Virus record (IMG/VR): IMGVR_UViG_2887663082_000001
Span: 32,761-96,760 of that record
DNA: 64,000 nt
Strand: one strand, 5' to 3'
Source: a virus
Lineage: Duplodnaviria > Caudoviricetes
Below, piece by piece: positions 62,209-64,000 of this stretch; positions within the stretch are counted from its first letter, which is position 1, and every line of letters starts with the position of its first letter. The notes below the pieces were generated by a model that was not told where the DNA came from, searched no databases, and was given only the letters and a program-made list of their open reading frames with translations. The translations under genes and the position numbers were made by a program.

Positions 62209-62442
62209 TCAGGAGGATTGTGTTTCACCACCAGCATCGATAGAGACATTACCAGCGGAAATCTCAATGTGAGTCGGCGTTTTAAACTGAACAGGTAAAT
62301 CAGAAACAACGCTGACACGACCATCACCGAAAATGGTGACGCGACTGCCAACCGTTTCGACCTGCAGCGCTTCACGTTTAGGTACACGAACTTTGATTAC
62401 TTCAACTTGTTCTGGGATTTCAGAAACTGTATCTGTGGTCAT
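62209..62442 (-). CDS. Small protein heading the late GT operon; likely start ATG 62442
   Basis: RBS GAGG; late promoter ATGTAAC-TTATGC-TTTAAT at 62525-62507. Confidence 0.55.
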   Translation of the reverse strand: MTTDTVSEIPEQVEVIKVRVPKREALQVETVGSRVTIFGDGRVSVVSDLPVQFKTPTHIEISAGNVSIDAGGETQSS

Positions 62443-62553
62443 TAGAGCCTCATTAGCAATGTTAAAGGTGCGGTTTATCACCGCACCGGATAGGTTAATG
62501 AGGAGAATTAAAGCATAAGTTACATTTTAAAAATACTAATTATGAGCTTAGTT

Positions 62554-63156
62554 TTATATATCAGTAATAGACTGACCTGCTTCGAGCAGCCAATACCTGA
62601 GGGTCAATTTCACCATCATTTCCCAGCCTATAACGATCTCCGCGCAGTAGCCCTGCTCACGCAACCGGCGCTGCCACTCCAGCTGTTCTGGTGAGGGTTT
62701 GCCCTTCCCATACTTAAGCTCAAGCCTTAGTCCATGGTAAATCCCGCGAGCGGCATCGAGCGTGGCGTCCGGATAACCCTTTTTCTGGCCTTCGGCCTTC
62801 ATGTCGAAACCCACTTTATCTGAGCGCGCGCCGCCGTTTGGCGTGGCATGCAGCAGATCGTAAATTTCTCGATGTTTACGGTGCATGAAATCGAAATAGC
62901 GCACCTGGTCCCAGTGTTCGTAATTGCTCTTTAGCAATTCTGGTTTGTTCGCCAGCTGCGTCAGCGCCTTAGCGTGAACAGAAGGAGCCAGATCCATTTC
63001 TAACCGGGCGATAACTTTGGCCATCTTGCCTTTAGGGGCTTCGGTGACATCAGGAATATCATCAGAGCGCCTTTTACCCGTCTTCTTCAATCGGCCATTT
63101 TTATCTCGACCAGTGGACTTCAGCCAGTCCTCATCAAATCGAAGCATACAATCCAC
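62554..63156 (-). CDS. VRR-NUC domain nuclease (P1 PmgM-like)
   Basis: LLHATPNGG..MKAEGQKKGYPD..LELK..PSPEQ..W; operator at 63185-63202. Confidence 0.85.
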   Translation of the reverse strand: MDCMLRFDEDWLKSTGRDKNGRLKKTGKRRSDDIPDVTEAPKGKMAKVIARLEMDLAPSVHAKALTQLANKPELLKSNYEHWDQVRYFDFMHRKHREIYDLLHATPNGGARSDKVGFDMKAEGQKKGYPDATLDAARGIYHGLRLELKYGKGKPSPEQLEWQRRLREQGYCAEIVIGWEMMVKLTLRYWLLEAGQSITDI

Positions 63157-63318
63157 CTATGTTTAGTTTTCTTAAGACCAATAAATACAGAATATACTAA
63201 ACAAAACCAGGAGGTGCATATAAAAATCTACTTCGTACTTTTTTTGTGTAGTTATTCTTGATATTTTGCTAATAGTGTATGATGGGGTATAAAAGCACAG
63301 CTTCTCACGGATATAATA

Positions 63319-64000
63319 ATGAAAAAAAAACCTTATTCAGTACCACGCAGCCTTGATAATAATTCCAAAGAAGAACAGGAAGTGGAACAAATTGCAATTC
63401 CGGACAAATTTTTAAAACATTTAAATGCTACAGGATTATTGGGTAATTTAAGCCAGCAGTATGAACTGAATCAACAAAATCTTGGGAAATTAATATCCAA
63501 GCAGACAGAAGAATGGAATAATCATCAAATTAATAATCAACAAAAACTCCGTAAAGAATTACAGAAGGACTCAGACATTGGCGACACGATGCGCAAAAAA
63601 ATGGCTGAATTGCAGAAATCACTCGGCGCTAGCAGCGAGATAAGCAAGCTATCGGAAAAATTTCAAAAAAAATATGACATTAGCAGTCAGTTACTAAAGC
63701 AAGCGGATGAATTCCAGAGAAAGTTTGGTGTTGGCAATCAGCTGCTTAAACAATCGGAGGATTTGCAGAAAAAGTATGGCATCGGCAGTCAACTGCTTAA
63801 ACAAGCGGAGGATTTGCAGAAAAAGTATGGCATTGGCAGTCAGCTGCTTAAACAATCTGAAGATTTGCAGAAAAAGTATGGCATCGGCAGTCAGCTGCTT
63901 AAACAATCTGAAGATTTGCAGAAAAAGTATGGCATTGGCAGTCAGCTGCTTAAACAATCTGAAGATTTGCAGAAAAAGTATGGCATCGGCAGTCAGCTGC
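63319..64000 (+). CDS. Unannotated protein with 17-aa tandem repeats (runs off window)
   Basis: Manual translation gives MKKKPYSVPRSLDNNSKEEQ..(GIGSQLLKQSEDLQKKY)n with no stop before 64000. Confidence 0.8.
   Translation, partial: MKKKPYSVPRSLDNNSKEEQEVEQIAIPDKFLKHLNATGLLGNLSQQYELNQQNLGKLISKQTEEWNNHQINNQQKLRKELQKDSDIGDTMRKKMAELQKSLGASSEISKLSEKFQKKYDISSQLLKQADEFQRKFGVGNQLLKQSEDLQKKYGIGSQLLKQAEDLQKKYGIGSQLLKQSEDLQKKYGIGSQLLKQSEDLQKKYGIGSQLLKQSEDLQKKYGIGSQL
63660..64000 (+). repeat. 51-bp tandem repeat, at least 6 copies
   Basis: ggcatYggcagtcagctgcttaaacaatctgaagatttgcagaaaaagtat; differences mostly at third codon positions. Confidence 0.92.

Noticed and set aside
63660-64000. CRISPR array, or the minus-strand 87-aa ORF as the real gene
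   Set aside because: The repeats are contiguous 51-mers with no unique spacers. Variation falls at third codon positions of the plus-strand frame, so it is a coding repeat.

Overview
This window is a 64-kb segment of a divergent P1-like phage-plasmid from an enterobacterium. The P1 assignments come from my recall of P1 protein sequences and gene order, not from database searches. The backbone includes tail, baseplate and head genes (bplA, pmgA, sit, pmgB, tub, pmgC, bplB, pmgG, 21, 22, 23, mlp/ppfA, upfB/C, 5, 6, 24, 7, 25, 26, mat), plus dam, rdgC, ref, cre, c1, pacA/B and lpa. P1's immI/repL, parAB-repA and ban regions are absent from their usual positions. Cargo comprises: an SOS-boxed colicin A/pyocin-S/HNH chimeric bacteriocin with an orphan toxin-immunity module; type Ib and type II partition systems; HigBA; an HNH-HEPN fusion; two large autotransporters; four glycosyltransferase-like genes; Tn3 and IS3 remnants; and a 17-aa-repeat protein. 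Much of the cis-regulatory code is readable directly. There is a candidate 34-bp lox-like site for the Cre homologue and a recurring 18-bp C1-type operator. A late-promoter motif (RWGTAAC-N6-[-10]) is usually coupled to a hairpin that hides the ribosome-binding site (RBS). There is also a GATC-rich pac region and a gtr/agn43-style Dam/OxyR switch upstream of the 2312-aa autotransporter.
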